From positions 17,484,001-17,548,000 of the forward strand of contig NC_083278.1 in the NCBI RefSeq assembly GCF_963506605.1: a DNA stretch of 64,000 nt, in the 5' to 3' direction. Below, in pieces: positions 48,522 to 61,962 of this stretch (the first letter of the stretch is position 1; each line of letters begins with the position of its first letter). This DNA is from Zootoca vivipara (Eukaryota). The notes below the pieces were generated by a model. That model saw only the letters and a list, made by a program, of their open reading frames with translations. It did no database searches and was not told where the DNA came from. The position numbers were made by a program, and so were the translations under genes.

Positions 48522-49244
48522 AGGTAAAGGCCCCCTGGATGGTTAAGTCCTGTCAAAGACAACTATGGGGTTGCGGTGCTCATTTCGCTTTTCAGGCCGA
48601 GGGAGCCGGCGTTTGTCCAGAGACATCTTTCCAGGTCACGTGGCCAGGATGACTGAACCGCTTCTGGTGCAATGGAACACTGTGATGGAAACCAGAGCAC
48701 ACGGAAATGCTGTTTACCTTCCCGCCACAGTGGTACCTATTTATCTACTTGCACTGGTATGCTTTGGAACTGCTAGGTTGGCAGAACCTGGGACAGAGCA
48801 ACGGGAGCTCACTCCCGTCGTGGGGATTCGAACTGCTGACCTTCTAATTGGCAAGCCCAAGAGGTTCAGTGGTTTAGACCAGGCACGTCCAACAGGTAGA
48901 TCGTGATCTACCGGTAGATCACTGGACATCTGTGGTAGATCACTGGTGCCCCCCAAGAAGCTCAACAAGTTTGGCTCCCCCCAAAAAAGCTCAACATTTT
49001 TGCCCTAGACCCCCAAAAACGCGGCTTTCCCCTCCCTCCCTATAAAAAGTTCAACAATTTCAACCTGAACCCCCCAATAATGGGCCTTCCTCCTTCCTAA
49101 AAAAAAAAGCAAAAAAGCTCATCAACTTTGACCTGAACCTCCAAAAAGGGGATAGATCACTGCCAGTCTTTAACTCTGTGAGTAGATCGCTATCTCTTGG
49201 AAGTTGGCCACCCCTGGTTTAGACCACAGCGCCACCCACGTCCT
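48522..49244 (-). mobile_element. Sauria SINE (longer subtype) interrupted by a hAT MITE
   Basis: The SINE breaks at 48879 and resumes at 49217. TCAGTA flanks both sides. Confidence 0.9.
48880..49216. mobile_element. hAT (Charlie-like) MITE
   Basis: Perfect 8-bp TSD GTTTAGAC. Termini CAGGCACGTCCAAC / GTTGGCCACCCCTG. GTAGATC subterminal repeats. Confidence 0.9.
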
Positions 49245-50949
49245 TCAGTACTGTGCGATAACAGGATACCCTATTAGAAGGGTCTAGTAAGACGTTTCTT
49301 TCCCAAAGCCAAGGTGTGTGGCAGAAGGGTCATACAGCTTCCTTCAGAAGCTTGGGAGGGTCATATTCGTAGACTTGTGACTTGCGGATAACCTGTTAAT
49401 CCTGGGCTTGACCCTGCACTGTGACTTCCCTCTACCTGCAGGGCTGTGAGGGATATGCACACAATCCACAAGCCAAGTTCAACTTGCATCTGGAATCAAT
49501 AAAGTTGAGGCCAATTTTTAAATCCCAGAATGTTGTCCTGTCCAGCTTTTTTTTAAAATTCAAATAAACTTTATTAAGATTCAAATCAAAACATATCAAA
49601 TCAAATCAAAACACATCAAATTACAGCAATCAAACCCTAACAGATTTCCCTAACAGATATAATACCATAATACAAATAATGCAAATACATACCTGCTATT
49701 GCACAATTCAATCTTCTTACTCAATCTAATTCAACTAAAACAAATCATATTCAAATTATATCTCATAAATCTTTAAAACAAATATATTATCCTCCCCATT
49801 CGTATACTTCCACTTGTCTACATCTTGATCTCCTTAAATTTTGTTAGATACTGCTTCCCTCACCATTCTATGTTTTACTCATTTTCCCTTCTATTTTATA
49901 ATCCTTACACCCAGTACCAATCTTTAGAAATGGAACCAGGATTGTTCCCCTTCTTGCTCCCGGTGGGGGTGGGAGTGGGGGTCACTGCAAGTGGGTCTGC
50001 ATGTTCGGGTTTTGCTAAATTAGTAGCATGAGAAACCATCCGATTGCTTCTTCACACAATCAACTCTAGGACAAGCAATTAACACTGGGCAGAAAGCCAA
50101 GGTCTACTTCTGCCATAGTAACTGCGCTCTCATTGGTTGAGATCAGCACTGAGACCTGTTATCAGAGAAAGCTAGCACAGTACGTGGTGTGGTGAGTGTG
50201 GTCAGTGTAGGAGGAGAGGTGCCGTATCGGTTGTGTGTGTGTGAGAGAGAGGAAAGGATTTATTTTACTTTGTTTTTGAGTTCTAAAGTTGTACATAGAA
50301 ACTCTGGATTTCTTTTATTTTAATAAATCCTGTATATAGTTTACTCTGCGTCCAGACGTCTAGTCATTTAAGTTACCGCCAGAAGCTTCCGGGAAAACCT
50401 GCGCAAACTCTGCTGTGTTCAGGCTGAAGTTACACCTGACACTTAAAAACACTAAGACCGCAATGGTTGTATTTTGTTAGCAGTGTACTGACAAGTGGGA
50501 ATGAGATTTATTATATCGAGCATGGCGCCACTCTAGCCTTTCCTTCTGCAGCTTAGCTGTTTTGTTCAATTTGACTACATTTGCAAAGTTATGAAATGAT
50601 CATATTTTTAGTCCTCTGCATGCATAGAGCCTACGGAGAGACAAATTGTACCCTCGCAGCCTCTGTTCACAGAGGACTTATCAGTGTGTGTAGGTTGCGG
50701 GGAGGTGGAGACAGCAGGTGTGATCCTCCCCCCCCCTACTATGTGCACCAATTTGCAAAGATCTGAAATGGAACTCTTGACATTAAACTGAATATGTGGG
50801 AGGAACTCAAATGACAAGCTCTTTGGCTACCTAGGATAATACTAGCAGAAAGAATTTCAACGAAGCAGACAGGGCTTTATTATATCTCAGTTGAGGCGGA
50901 AACTGCACACTCTCAGAGAGACTCATATTACATATGGTTTCCGATAGAG

Positions 50950-51724
50950 GAGGGGGTCAGCAAACTTTTTCAGCAGGGGGCCGGTCCACTGTCCCTCAGA
51001 CCTTGTGGTGGGCCAGACTATATTTTGAAGGGGTGGTGGAGGAAATGAACGGATTTCTATGCCCCACAAATAACCCAGAGATGCATTTTAAATAAAAGCA
51101 CGCATGGGCGTACCCAGGATCAAAGCTAGGGGGGCACACCAGCCACACCCCCAGCCACCCGATTGGCTAGCTGGCAATGATGTGGCCAGGATCCCCCCAG
51201 GAGGCATGGTCAACGTCCACGCCCCCCAGAGAAAAGGGGGCCATTTGCAAGGCAGCACACGGAGCCACCCGCGCTTGCACTTCTGCCTCGCTCGCTCCTT
51301 TAATGGCAGCGGTGACTAAAACGAGGCAGCAGCAGCAAAGCTGCCTCCATTGAAGATAACCTGGACCTGGACCTGGGCTAACTTCAGCCCACACTCTTTC
51401 AAGTCACAGCGAACACAGCACAGAAAGTGCTGCCCCACAATGCTCCACAGCACTTCATTTGCATGTATGTCCTCTCCAGCTGCCCTGCTTCTGGGGGGGG
51501 CAGCTGCCCCCCCGCCCCATGCTGGGTACGCCCATGAAAGTACGCATTCTACTCATGTAAAAACACCAGGCAGGCCACACAAATAACCCAGAGATGCATT
51601 TTAAATAAAAGGACACATTCTACTCATGTGAAAACATGCTGATTCCTGGACCATCCGTGGGCTGGATTGAGAAGGCGATTGGGCCGGATCCGCCCCCCCC
51701 CGGGCCTTAGTTTGCCTACCCATG
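50950..51724. mobile_element. hAT (Charlie-like) MITE hosting a nested element
   Basis: TSD C(G/T)ATAGAG. Reverse-orientation homologue of 16455-16775. Confidence 0.85.
51103..51536 (+). mobile_element. hAT (Tip100-like) MITE, nested
   Basis: TIR CATGGGCGTACCCAG / CTGGGTACGCCCATG. TSD AAAG(C/T)ACG. Confidence 0.9.
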
Positions 51725-51991
51725 CTATAGAGTTTCAGGAGTGTACTGGTTCCAGCTATTCAGAGGAATGGCTGCACCTGTCCTATCTTGCCCATACTTT
51801 CATATTCTTCATAGCCTTTCCTGGCACGCACATTCCCTAGGTAAGTGATACAGGTGGCCATGGTGATGAGGTCATTCTCTATTGATTTATGTTTTATGAA
51901 AATACATATATACTGCAATTTCATTTCTGTATAAAAACACACTGATTACAAAAGTTATATACACACAATAAGAGCACATCAGATTAAAATA

Positions 51992-52200
51992 CAGTGGTAC
52001 CTTGGTTTGCAACCATTTTGGATTACAACCATTTTGGATTACAATCACATCAGACCCTGAAGTGTGTGTTCCTTTTTTTGGATTACAACCAAATTTTTTT
52101 TGGAGGCCCCATTGGCGAAAGCGCGCCTTGGGTTAAAACCTGTTTTGGTTTACAACCAGACCTCTGGAATGGATTATGGTTGTAAACCAGGGTATCACTG
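51992..52200. mobile_element. Tigger-like MITE
   Basis: TA-CAGTGGTACCTTGGTTTGCAACCAT / ATGGTTGTAAACCAGGGTATCACTG-TA. Confidence 0.85.
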
Positions 52201-52426
52201 TAACAACCCAGCAGCTAACTACATATTATAGATAATACTTTCTTAATTATCTGCATAAGCTTGGTAGCATAATTCCCCACTAACCCCAGAAAACACTTAG
52301 AAGTTGATACAACTTAGGAATTTCTAATGCAAGCCCGTTCTACAGGGTTGGTTTGTGTCGATGTCCAATGAGCCTCACCAACTCGGTGTATAACAAGTGA
52401 CATTCCTACAGATGATCTAAGACTAA

Positions 52427-52822
52427 TTACAGGTAGGTAGCCGCGTTGGTCTGACGTAGTCGAAACAAAATTTAAAAATTCCTTCTAGCAGGTGCTGCTG
52501 GAAGGAATTTTTTTACAGTGGTACCTCGACTTACGAACGACTCGACAACCGAATTTTCCGACTTACGAATGGGGGAATGGCCACGCGCTTACGAATGTCT
52601 CGACATCCGGGGGGAAACCGCAGCGGTTTTAGATAGGGATTTTTCGACTTACAAATTTTTAGATAGGGTTGCTTCGACTTACAATTTTTTTCCGTTTTCA
52701 ATGCATTCGTATGGGAAATCGCGTTTCCAATGGTGTTTTTCGACTTACGAATTTTTCAGCCTATGAAGGTGCCTTCGAAACGGATTAAATTCTTAAGTCG
52801 AGGCACCACTGTATTTTGTTTC
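52427..52822. mobile_element. Fold-back Penelope-like terminus interrupted by a Tigger-like MITE (52516-52811)
   Basis: 13-bp TSD GATCTAAGACTAA at 52414 and 52823. The MITE has TA-CAGTGGTACCTCGACTTA / TAAGTCGAGGCACCACTG-TA. This copy lacks the hammerhead segment. Confidence 0.8.
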
Positions 52823-53596
52823 GATCTAAGACTAAGTCATTGAGCTAGGATATATAGGTTCAGGCAGTCCCTGAGGTACCCATTTAGTTATGGATCTATG
52901 TTGCTAATAACTTAGGTACCATTGACCTAAGTGCTCTCTGTGGTGGTCCAACTGGTTTGGAATTCCCTTCCATTGGACCTGAGTCAAATTTCTACATTCT
53001 AGGCTTTTCAGAAGACTCTAAATACTTACTTTTCTTTCCCAGTCAGCCTTCCAGGCATTATTTTTATTAGCCAGATGATTGAATTATGATTGAATTATGT
53101 TCTTTTTGGCTCTGTTAAATTTTTTTGCTTTAGTGGTAGTTTTAAGTTTTAAAAATTGTAATTATTTTTGTTTTATCTTTTGTTGTTTTTGGATGGGCCT
53201 TTGCCCAGAAAAGCAGCCTCATTTTTAAATAAGCAAGTATCAGCAAAGCTATGTCTCATGTTTGCACATCTACAATACTGCTATCTGACTGTATATTGTG
53301 AACGAGCCAGCAGCAGCAAACATTAAACAGGACAGGGAGCCTCTCTGAGAGTGATCTCCAAGAGCCATTGCATCATAGGTTAGGTCAGGTTAGCAAGATT
53401 GACTTCTTGGTTGGAAAATATTGCCTGGAATAAGAGCACAAAATCAAGTGCTCAAAACATGTTGACAACTGGAGATAAGTTTTGAAAACGGCTGTTTTAA
53501 AGCTGTAGTCCTACATTCACTTCCCTGGAACTTCCTTTTGGGCAGACATGCATGTGATTACACACTGTAAAGCTGTAATCCTAAGTATATCTATTC

Positions 53597-54044
53597 CATA
53601 GCTGCCAAGTACCCCGTTTTCCCCGGGAAACCCCCGTTTTTACTTACCTTTTCCCGGTGGTCCCCCGTATCACTTCGTCTCCCGTTTTTCTCGGTTATTT
53701 TCTCCTGCCGGCGGCCATTTTTTTCTTTCCGATTTGCCCTTCTATGGGCACCAAAAATGACCGTCGCCGGCTTCAAAAGTCGCATCTACGCATGTCCGGA
53801 AGTGCGTAGACGTGACTTCTGGTGTCGGCAGCGGCCATTTTTGGTGCCCATAGATGGGCGGAGCAGCACCAGAAGTTGCGTCGACGCACTTCCGGTCATG
53901 CGTAGAAGCGACTTTTGAAGCCGGCGGCGGCCATTTTTGGTGCCCATAGAAGGGCAAAGCGACACCGAAAGTTACGTCGATGCAACTTCCAGTGTCACAC
54001 GGCTGCCGGTCCCGGATTCTGCAGTCCGGGACTTAGAAGGTAAG
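53597..54044. mobile_element. hAT (Blackjack-like) MITE with internal inverted repeat
   Basis: Perfect 8-bp TSD ATCTATTC at 53589 and 54045. CATAGCTGCCAAG terminus. 92-bp inverted arms. Confidence 0.85.
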
Positions 54045-54214
54045 ATCTATTCACAGATGTAAATGCCGCTGAAACCAATGGGACTTACTTCCAAGTAAAC
54101 AAAGTAAAGAATGGAAAGAAAGCTCACATTGTAATTCACTTTTTCCAGATGTAAATGTGGAACCAGAGTCTTGCATACTTCAGAGCCTTATTTTAGTTCT
54201 ATGAGAGATGCTTA

Positions 54215-54570
54215 AAGGTACAGGTAAAGGGACCCCTGACCATTAGGTCCAGTCGCGGACGACTCTAGGGTTGTGGCGCTCATCTTGCATTATTGGCCGA
54301 GGGAGCCGGCATACAGCTTCTGGGTCATGTGGCCAGCATCACTAAGCCACTTCTGGTGAGCAAGAGCAGCGCATGGAAGCGCTGTTTACCTTCCCACCAG
54401 AGCGGTACCTATTTATCTACTTGCACTTTGACGTGCTTTCGAACTGCTAGGTTGGCAGGAGCAGGGACCGAGCAATGGGAGCTCACCCTGTTGCGGGGAT
54501 TCGAACCGCCAACTTTCTGATCGGCAAGCCCTAGGCTCTGTGGTTTAACCCACAGCGCCACCCACATCCC
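54215..54570 (-). mobile_element. Sauria SINE, full length
   Basis: Complete body. TATGAGAGA duplication at 54200 and 54571. Confidence 0.92.
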
Positions 54571-55950
54571 TATGAGAGACGGTTAGGTACTTGCAACTCA
54601 GAGATTTACAGTTTAATCGTGTAGTCGTCTGCTCAGCGGAAAGCCCCATTGAATTTAAAGGAACTTACTCCCAGTTGGTGTGTATAGGACTGCAGCCTTA
54701 AATAGGACATCACACTTCAAACACAGTAAATTTATGTCTGCTAGCATGAGATAAAACCCTTTTTTAAATTCCATTCCTATAATTCGCTCAAAGATTTCAA
54801 GCAAGCATCTCTGAGTGGGTAGCCTAAGGTGAGTGATTATAGCAGAATTATGTGTCAGATAGAATATGCACCCTGCTTACTGTATTAAAAAAGAGCACAC
54901 ATTTCAGAGACCCAGAGATCATGTTTATGGCACTTTAAGATGGTGTTGGAGTGCCATTCCCATCATCTCTGACCATTTGGTCATGTTTGTTGGGACTGAT
55001 GGGAGTTGGAGTCCAGCAACCCTGAGGGGCATGCACGATACTAAAAAAAAAGCTATTTTTTTAACATGGTAAAATCACCACGATATGATTTATAAAATTC
55101 TACATAGTGAGTATTTCCTAACTGCATTGTTATGTGACGAGATATCATATTCTGCAGGCACACAGAAAGCCAGCGTTCTCAAGGATGTGGTAAATCTCGC
55201 ATTTCACCAGATGGGACATATTTGCAAGAAGCATGTGTGAAAACCAGGAGATGAAAGTTACTTTGGTGATGACTTCTGCCACGGCAAAAATAAATGGGAG
55301 AATGAGATTGTGGGTCTTGCGAAAACATAATGCATTGCAATTGGTGTATATACACATCAGCATCTATTTGTACTCAGTTACAATATGACTCCTGCAAAAA
55401 GTAACATTATTTGGTGATTGTTGGGATACAGTTAAGAGATGCTAGCTATCTAGCTGAGAGTTGTTAGGAAACCCTTAACTAGCAACAGTTCCCAAGATTC
55501 TTTGGGGAAAGCCATGGTATAGGGGTGCTTTAAATGGATGGTGTGGGTGAGCCCTTTGCTTTCATCTCAGGCCACAAAATATCTTGAGCTGAGCCTGATA
55601 ATCATGTAGAGTAAGTCAGTATTCTTATACCCCTTTGCCAGTGGAGGAGGATTTGATCTGAGGGGTTGATGCCTTGCCTTCCATTCATATCTGAAAGGGC
55701 CTCTGCCTGCACATGTATGTCTGTAACTGAGTGCACACGTATATTTGTGTAGTAGTGTAGCATGGGTTGCCTGTGTCCGGGACAACCACGCTCACGTAGG
55801 GGGGGACAGGGCACAGAGCCTGAACAGAGCCTGCTGCAGCAGCAGCCCACCCTTCGCTGCTGATGCCACTGGAGTGACCGAGCTGTGGCGGCCTGACAGG
55901 TCACACATGTCACCAAGAATGCCACTTTTGACTGTGACCGTGTGCCTTTA

Positions 55951-56130
55951 CCGTGGTACCTCATGTTGCGAATGGGATCTGTTCCAGCAGCCCGTTCGCA
56001 ACACGAAAAGGCCACAACAAGAAGTGCCGCATCTGCGCACGCGCATGACGCAATGCGGCACTTCCGGGTTCGGCGCGTACGTAACCTGAAAAGACGCAAC
56101 AGGAAGTGGACGAATCACGAGGTATGACTG
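55951..56130. mobile_element. Tigger-like MITE
   Basis: TA-CCGTGGTACCTC / GAGGTATGACTG-TA. Confidence 0.8.
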
Positions 56131-56349
56131 TATTTTGATGCAAGCGAAAGTAAACATGGGCAGCAAGGAGGGGGCCAAAACCCGGCTGCAGGAAACTATC
56201 AGCTCAGCCCCTGCACCTTCATATTCATACGCTTTGAGATTCCTTTCCTAAATGCATGTCTCGGGTAGAAATAGGGACAACACTCTTCAGACATCCCTGC
56301 TGGTCTCAATTGCCAGAGCCATCTTTCCCATAGGTCTTAGTGGTACACT

Positions 56350-56859
56350 GCGCCAGGGTACTGGCCTCTCAGGGGTGCCCCAGCAAGTGGGGAAGCTGTG
56401 CGGCTTTGCCGGCGGCCTCCCCCTTCCCTGCATGCCTGCCAGCTGCACCCTGCCAACCATAAGGCTAGTGGGCATGCAGGTTCCCTCCCAAGCCTCTCCA
56501 AGGATTGCTCTCCTCCTGAGGAGGCTTGGGAGGGGTGCAACTTCACTCCCAAGCCACTGTGGGGATCACTCTCCTGCAGCGGCATACGGGAGAGTTGTGC
56601 CCCCGCCTGGATGGCTGGCAGTGCGCAGCTACGGCCATCCAACACTATCTGTGGTAATTTGGGGGCGCTGGACAGATATTTGCACCCCAGCGCCGCATCT
56701 GCTAAAGATGGCCCTGGTCACTGCAAAGCTCACTGCCTCTTCTCTCACTTGCTCTTTGCTCGCTTGCCTTGCCCTCCAGCATGGGGGTGCCTGATTGCAC
56801 CCCCTCAAAATTGTACGCCCAGGGCCACAGCCCCCCTGCCAACCCCCACTATGCCCCTG
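56350..56859. mobile_element. Probable hAT (Tip100-like) element, GC-rich
   Basis: Ends CTATGCCCCTG. GC-rich body with GCACCCC repeats. Left end unclear. Confidence 0.4.
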
Positions 56860-57869
56860 TGGTTGTGTGAAGGACTTTCCATTTGATATCCATAGTTACT
56901 ACAAACCAGCCCACTCTCTCCCATCGCCCTCCCATAATGCAACAAAGAAATGAAACGTAACGGCGCAGACTTTAATGAAGAGAAAAACAGGATGCCAGTA
57001 AAGCAAAGGAAAGGTGCCAGACATGAGTGTTTCGCCATATCTTTTATTTTGCAGGAAGCGATATGTTGTGCTACTCAGTTTAGCTGGAGACGCAATCTCC
57101 TTGCCTCTTATTTTTGGGCTAACAGCTCAAGGCAGAGTGTCTGAATTGATAATATGGGCAAGCATTCAGTAAGCAGAACTGTGTGTAGTTACTGGAAGGG
57201 AGAAGTTCTTTTAATGCTGGTCAATCCCTGACTCTCTGCAACATGGGCTTCCCCCTGTCTCTACACAAATGCCCACTCTGCTGTGTCTTGTGCCAGACGA
57301 AAGCTTGTGCCCAAAGAATGTACATTGTTCACATAAAGTACATTAAAAACTAAACAAGGAAGTTGGCTATATAATATAACGGGAGCCCACACAGAGTCCA
57401 CATGATTTATTCAAATCTTTAAATTGGTCCAAAAGACTCTGATCTGTTAGAGGGAAAAGGTCTCTGAAACTATTTTGAACAATTACCAGCCAATCTGATA
57501 ATGAAAACACACATTCAGAAAAAAATGAGAAATGGTTGCAAAGCAGCAAATTAATCTAAAATATATATATAGTTATTTTTACAGAAGTTTTCTCTTGGCT
57601 TTACATTCCACAACATGATTTCTCTTTTATTTTTTTGATAATTCAGCTATTTCTAGAATACTTTTGAGCAAACATCAAATCTGAACATAATTTTGCAGAG
57701 GTGCACTTCAAACAAAGGGCTGATTTCTGAAGATTTTTAAACCTGATATCAGCATTCATTTATTTTTAATATTTCTCATGAAAAACATAAGGAAGCTTTC
57801 TCTTTGTTCTGAATTCAGGAAAAGACTTGTCTTTTTTTGCTGCTTTGAATAAACTGATAGCTCTGCAAA

Positions 57870-57900
<31 letters not shown>

Positions 57901-57966
57901 GAGAGAGAATGGATTGAAAAGTAAAAATGTAGGTAAGAAGTTCAGAATAAAATCCATTTTGAGAAA

Positions 57967-58182
57967 ACTGGCGCACAGTGGTGCAACGCGGGGACTCACT
58001 TCTATGGTGTCTGCGCATCACATCTGCGCATGCTCAGATGCCGAAAATCGTGTCTGTGCAGCTGCAGATGCCGAAAATTACGTCTGTGCATGCTCTCTCT
58101 CTCACATGTGTGTGATCCAGCCCACAGAGCGATCTCCACTGGAGTGAACTGGCCCAGGTGAGGTAAACCTTGCCAACCCCTG
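57967..58182. mobile_element. hAT (Charlie-like) MITE, right part
   Basis: Ends AACCTTGCCAACCCCTG. Internal sequence resembles 6870-6965. Confidence 0.6.
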
Positions 58183-59212
58183 TTTTAAGAGGCTTGGGGG
58201 AATGTGCAGAAGGAGCTGATTCTGCATGGAACTGCTCCCAAAGCAGCATCTCCAATCCACAGGAAAAATGGCTGCACTCAACAGCAGTTGTACTTCATGC
58301 CGTGTAGGTTAAAAATGGGTTACAGCACTATTTTGAGGTCCCTCTTCCCCACCCGCTTTTAAGACTGCAACCTGACAAAGGGATAGGCCTCGTTTGGTGG
58401 TACCTGTTTCCTGAGCCAAAGAATTCCTCTCAGCCTCTCAGCCTTAAATTGAACGGAATAACTGAGAAGCAGGGTAAAGATTCCTCAGAGACCACGAAAT
58501 GGCAGGCATGTGAGCTGAGCCATTAGCTTTAGCCATTAATCCAAACAGGTATTAATTAAATGTCCAAATGATGTAGTCCTTCCATACTTGACTCGGCCAG
58601 GATTTATACTTGCAGTAATACATTGGAGGGGGAAGTGGAGCAAGTTACAAGTCTAGCTTTTCAAGCTGGCAGAATGCGACCATGCTTTAAAAATGAGCGC
58701 ATTAGAAGTCAGAGCACCAAGATAGGAAACTGACATTTTCATGGCACAGCAGGGCTTAGCGTTTTGTGAACGAAAAACAAAACAAAAGAGGACTGAAAGA
58801 AAGAAAGCCAATAGTTTATGCATCTGAAATATTGCAGAAAGAGGAAAATGTGAATCACTGTCTATGTTTGTATTTTGGAAAGCAGATTGTCTGCCTGTGT
58901 CTGTCACTTCTTGAGATATCATTGCCAATTTTGCCACAATGGTTCCTGAGAAGGAGGTGGAGATGGTTGGTGATGTTTGGACATCGTCCACCATTTTGAA
59001 TCAAGATAATAGACCAACACACCACCCTGGCATTGCTTTGTCTACCTTTTTGGCATAGGTGCAGCTTCCTCTTGAGATATTTTCACCAAACCTCATCCCA
59101 GCAAATGGTCATGTCTCGACCAGAGGAAGTGAAGAATTACCCTACTTGCTGCCCAACACACTAACTATTGGGGAACCAGTCGCTACAGGGAAGTTTTTGA
59201 GGACATCTAACC

Positions 59213-59348
59213 CAGGCATCCCCAAACTGTGGCCCTCCAGATGTTTTGGCCTACAACTCCCATGATCCCTAGCTAAGAGGACCAGTGGTCAGGGATGATG
59301 GGAATTGTAGTCCAAAACATCTGGAGGGCCAAAGTTTGGGGATGTCTG
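59213..59348. mobile_element. Short palindromic hAT MITE
   Basis: Perfect 8-bp TSD ATCTAACC. CAGGCATCCCCAAACT / AGTTTGGGGATGTCTG. Confidence 0.9.
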
Positions 59349-60285
59349 ATCTAACCTGATCTGCTCCAGGATGAGCAATCTGGATATAGATTACAGTTTC
59401 TTCACAGAGCTGGAAATCAAATGAGAGTCATGATCATTGTGGTGCATATTCTCGTTTCTTTTCTTCCACCATTGCAGTGCATTAAAATCCAGCAAAACTT
59501 TTTGAACAGAGGCAGTAATGGTATAAAAGCAATTAAGGTGTTTACTTCAGGGGACAATGGCATCATCGAACTATCTTCGACTCTTGGGTTGGTGGTGTGG
59601 AGGGAGATCAACTGTCTCTTCTCAAAGTTTCCTGTTATACATGCATCCAGCCTATATTTATTTTAGCAACACCCACAGAGGCATAAATTAAATCAAAACA
59701 GGGAACATCCATAAGAGAACAGATTGTTGGTGGGTGTTACAGTGTTTTCTTTCTCTTTTTTTAGAATGGTTGTTGAACTATTTGGAAATTAAATAGAACA
59801 CTGTGTAGGTGAAAGATAAATGCTTAAAAATGTCGACTGACCACAAGATTTGTTTCAGACCCCTGATTAAGTGCTTCAGAAAACAGCCCACCTTGGTTTG
59901 AGGCATTTCATAGGCTGCTTGATTTGACTCAGGCTCTATCCAAGTCTGCTTTGTTATTCTCCTCCCACCCCCATTTACTATCGGGACATCAAATGCTGCT
60001 GTATATGCTTTTTTTACAGAAGTGGATGAAATTTGCAAGCATATTGGTCCCTCAGAGTGGATAAAGCTTGCCAAATCATGCACAAATGGATCCAGGAGCT
60101 TTCAGGCTGAACATCTTTAAAGTGTGGTTATTATTTCCCTCAGAAGGAAATGTCTCTAATCTGTTGCATTTTGGGGTAGTATTCAGTTGAGGCACCTACC
60201 CCATAGAATGCCTTGCCAAGTGATGTTTACCAAACCCCATTACTGTACTGTTTTAGGTGGGTGACAAAAACGTGGGCTGTTAAAG

Positions 60286-60449
60286 TAGAATACTAGAATA
60301 ATAGAATTGAAAAGTTGGAAGGGACCTCATGGATCATCTAGTCCAACCCCCTGGAATGCAGGCATCCTGCGCACAGCCATCCCTTGGTGGGTTCAAACCA
60401 CCAACCTTCTGGTTACAGCCAGATGCACTGACCCTTTGCACCACGGAGA
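60286..60449 (-). mobile_element. tRNA-head/CR1-tail SINE
   Basis: CR1 tail GTTGGAAGGGACC..ATCATCTAGTCCAACCCC plus minus-strand B box GGTTTGAACCC. Confidence 0.65.
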
Positions 60450-61701
60450 CTTGTACATATAGAATATATTATTGTGGGTAAATACTGGTAAATGACCACT
60501 ACAGTGCCTTTCAGGGCTGTCCTTCCTATTGGGCTGACTGGTGCGGTGCATGCAAATGAGGTGCCGCGGAGCATTGTGGGGCAGCGCTGCCTTTGGTTGA
60601 TTGTTCTCCTTTCTGTGGCTTACCTTTGATGTCAGTTTCAATAGCTGTTTTGGATTTTGTTGCAAGCACTTGGCTTTTATTTGATTGTTGTAATTTTAAT
60701 GAGGATTGTTATGTAATTTGTTGCTGTTTTTGTGTTCTGAATTAAATTCTTGCTTGGCAGGGGGTTGGACTGGATGGCCCTTGTGGTCTCTTCCAACTCT
60801 ATGATTCTATATAAGTCACCTTATGTTTCTTTGACTTTTAAATAAATAAATATCAAATGTCTGGTGGGGTTTATTTTTTGTTTTGTTTTTTGCATTCTAG
60901 CTGGAAGGCCTCATACAAACCATAGTCTACCAGTTTGGTTGTAATGACTAACTATGGTTTGATTGTACCAAGAAGTTTTTCATTAAACTTAGTGTGAGAG
61001 TGGAAGAAGAAATATATGAGCACAGAGCTTATTTCCAATTCTCCAAACTATGGTTTGCAGGATGAACAACATTACATCTGAACTGAATAAGGTGCAGTAC
61101 TAAGGCCTGCCAGTTTTGTTCCATCGACTTAAATCCAAGGACATAAATTTAACAATATGTGGACGAGATGCTATATTTGGCCATTTAGAACGGCTCACAG
61201 TTTAAACAACCACTGTTGAAATAAGAAGTTTTAAACAAAGAATTACTCATAAAAAGACAGCTGATTTTTCAAATGATATGTGTGGAGAAGAACATCTACT
61301 TGTGAATGATTCATCAATGAGGGTGTTCTGACACTTTGACTTGTTAGTCATTTACCTTGCTCCAGTCTGTCAATACATCCAGTCACTTACACTGTCTCCA
61401 GTACTTTCTGTGTTTATAAAACTCTAGAGGTAACTGAACAAGCTGTACGAGCTGAAATTAAACCACACAGGGAGCTGAACGTTCTTTGTGCTGAGCACAG
61501 CAGTATGGTTCCAAGGAGGCTCACATCTAGGCCTCTTGGAAGTGCTTACAAACTACCAGATCTAATTCTGATCTGGGCAAGGATTGCATAGAAAGCCTAA
61601 CTTTTGCTCCAGGCTCTGGCCTGCTCTGCTCTATCCAGTTCCGGGTGTCGCACTTTAGAAAAGGATGCAGGCAAATTAGAACGGGCTCCAAGGAGATGGT
61701 A

Positions 61702-61962
61702 CAGTGGTACCTCTGGATGCAAACAGGATCCGTTCCGGAGCCCTGTACGCAACCAGAGCAGTACTCAACCTGAAGCACCGCATCTGTGCATGCTTGCCGT
61801 GCGATTAGGCGCTTCTGCACATGCGCGGGATGTCATTTGGCACATCTGCGCATGCGTGAATCACTGAACCTGGAAGTAACGCATTCCGTTACTTCCGGGT
61901 TTGGCGCATTCGTAACCTGTGTTGTACGCAACTTGCAGCATTCGTATCTAGAGGTATGACTG
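61702..61962. mobile_element. Tigger-like MITE
   Basis: TA-CAGTGGTACCTCTGGATGC / GTATCTAGAGGTATGACTG-TA. Confidence 0.85.

Noticed and set aside
48950-49140. Spaced short repeats (AAAAAGCTCAACA) as a CRISPR-like array
   Set aside because: These are degenerate internal repeats of a hAT MITE in eukaryotic DNA, with no cas genes.
48010-50445. Additional LTRs around 48010-48520, 49250-49545 and 50060-50441
   Set aside because: They have LTR-like composition and an AATAAA or TGACA end, but I could not define paired termini or TSDs.
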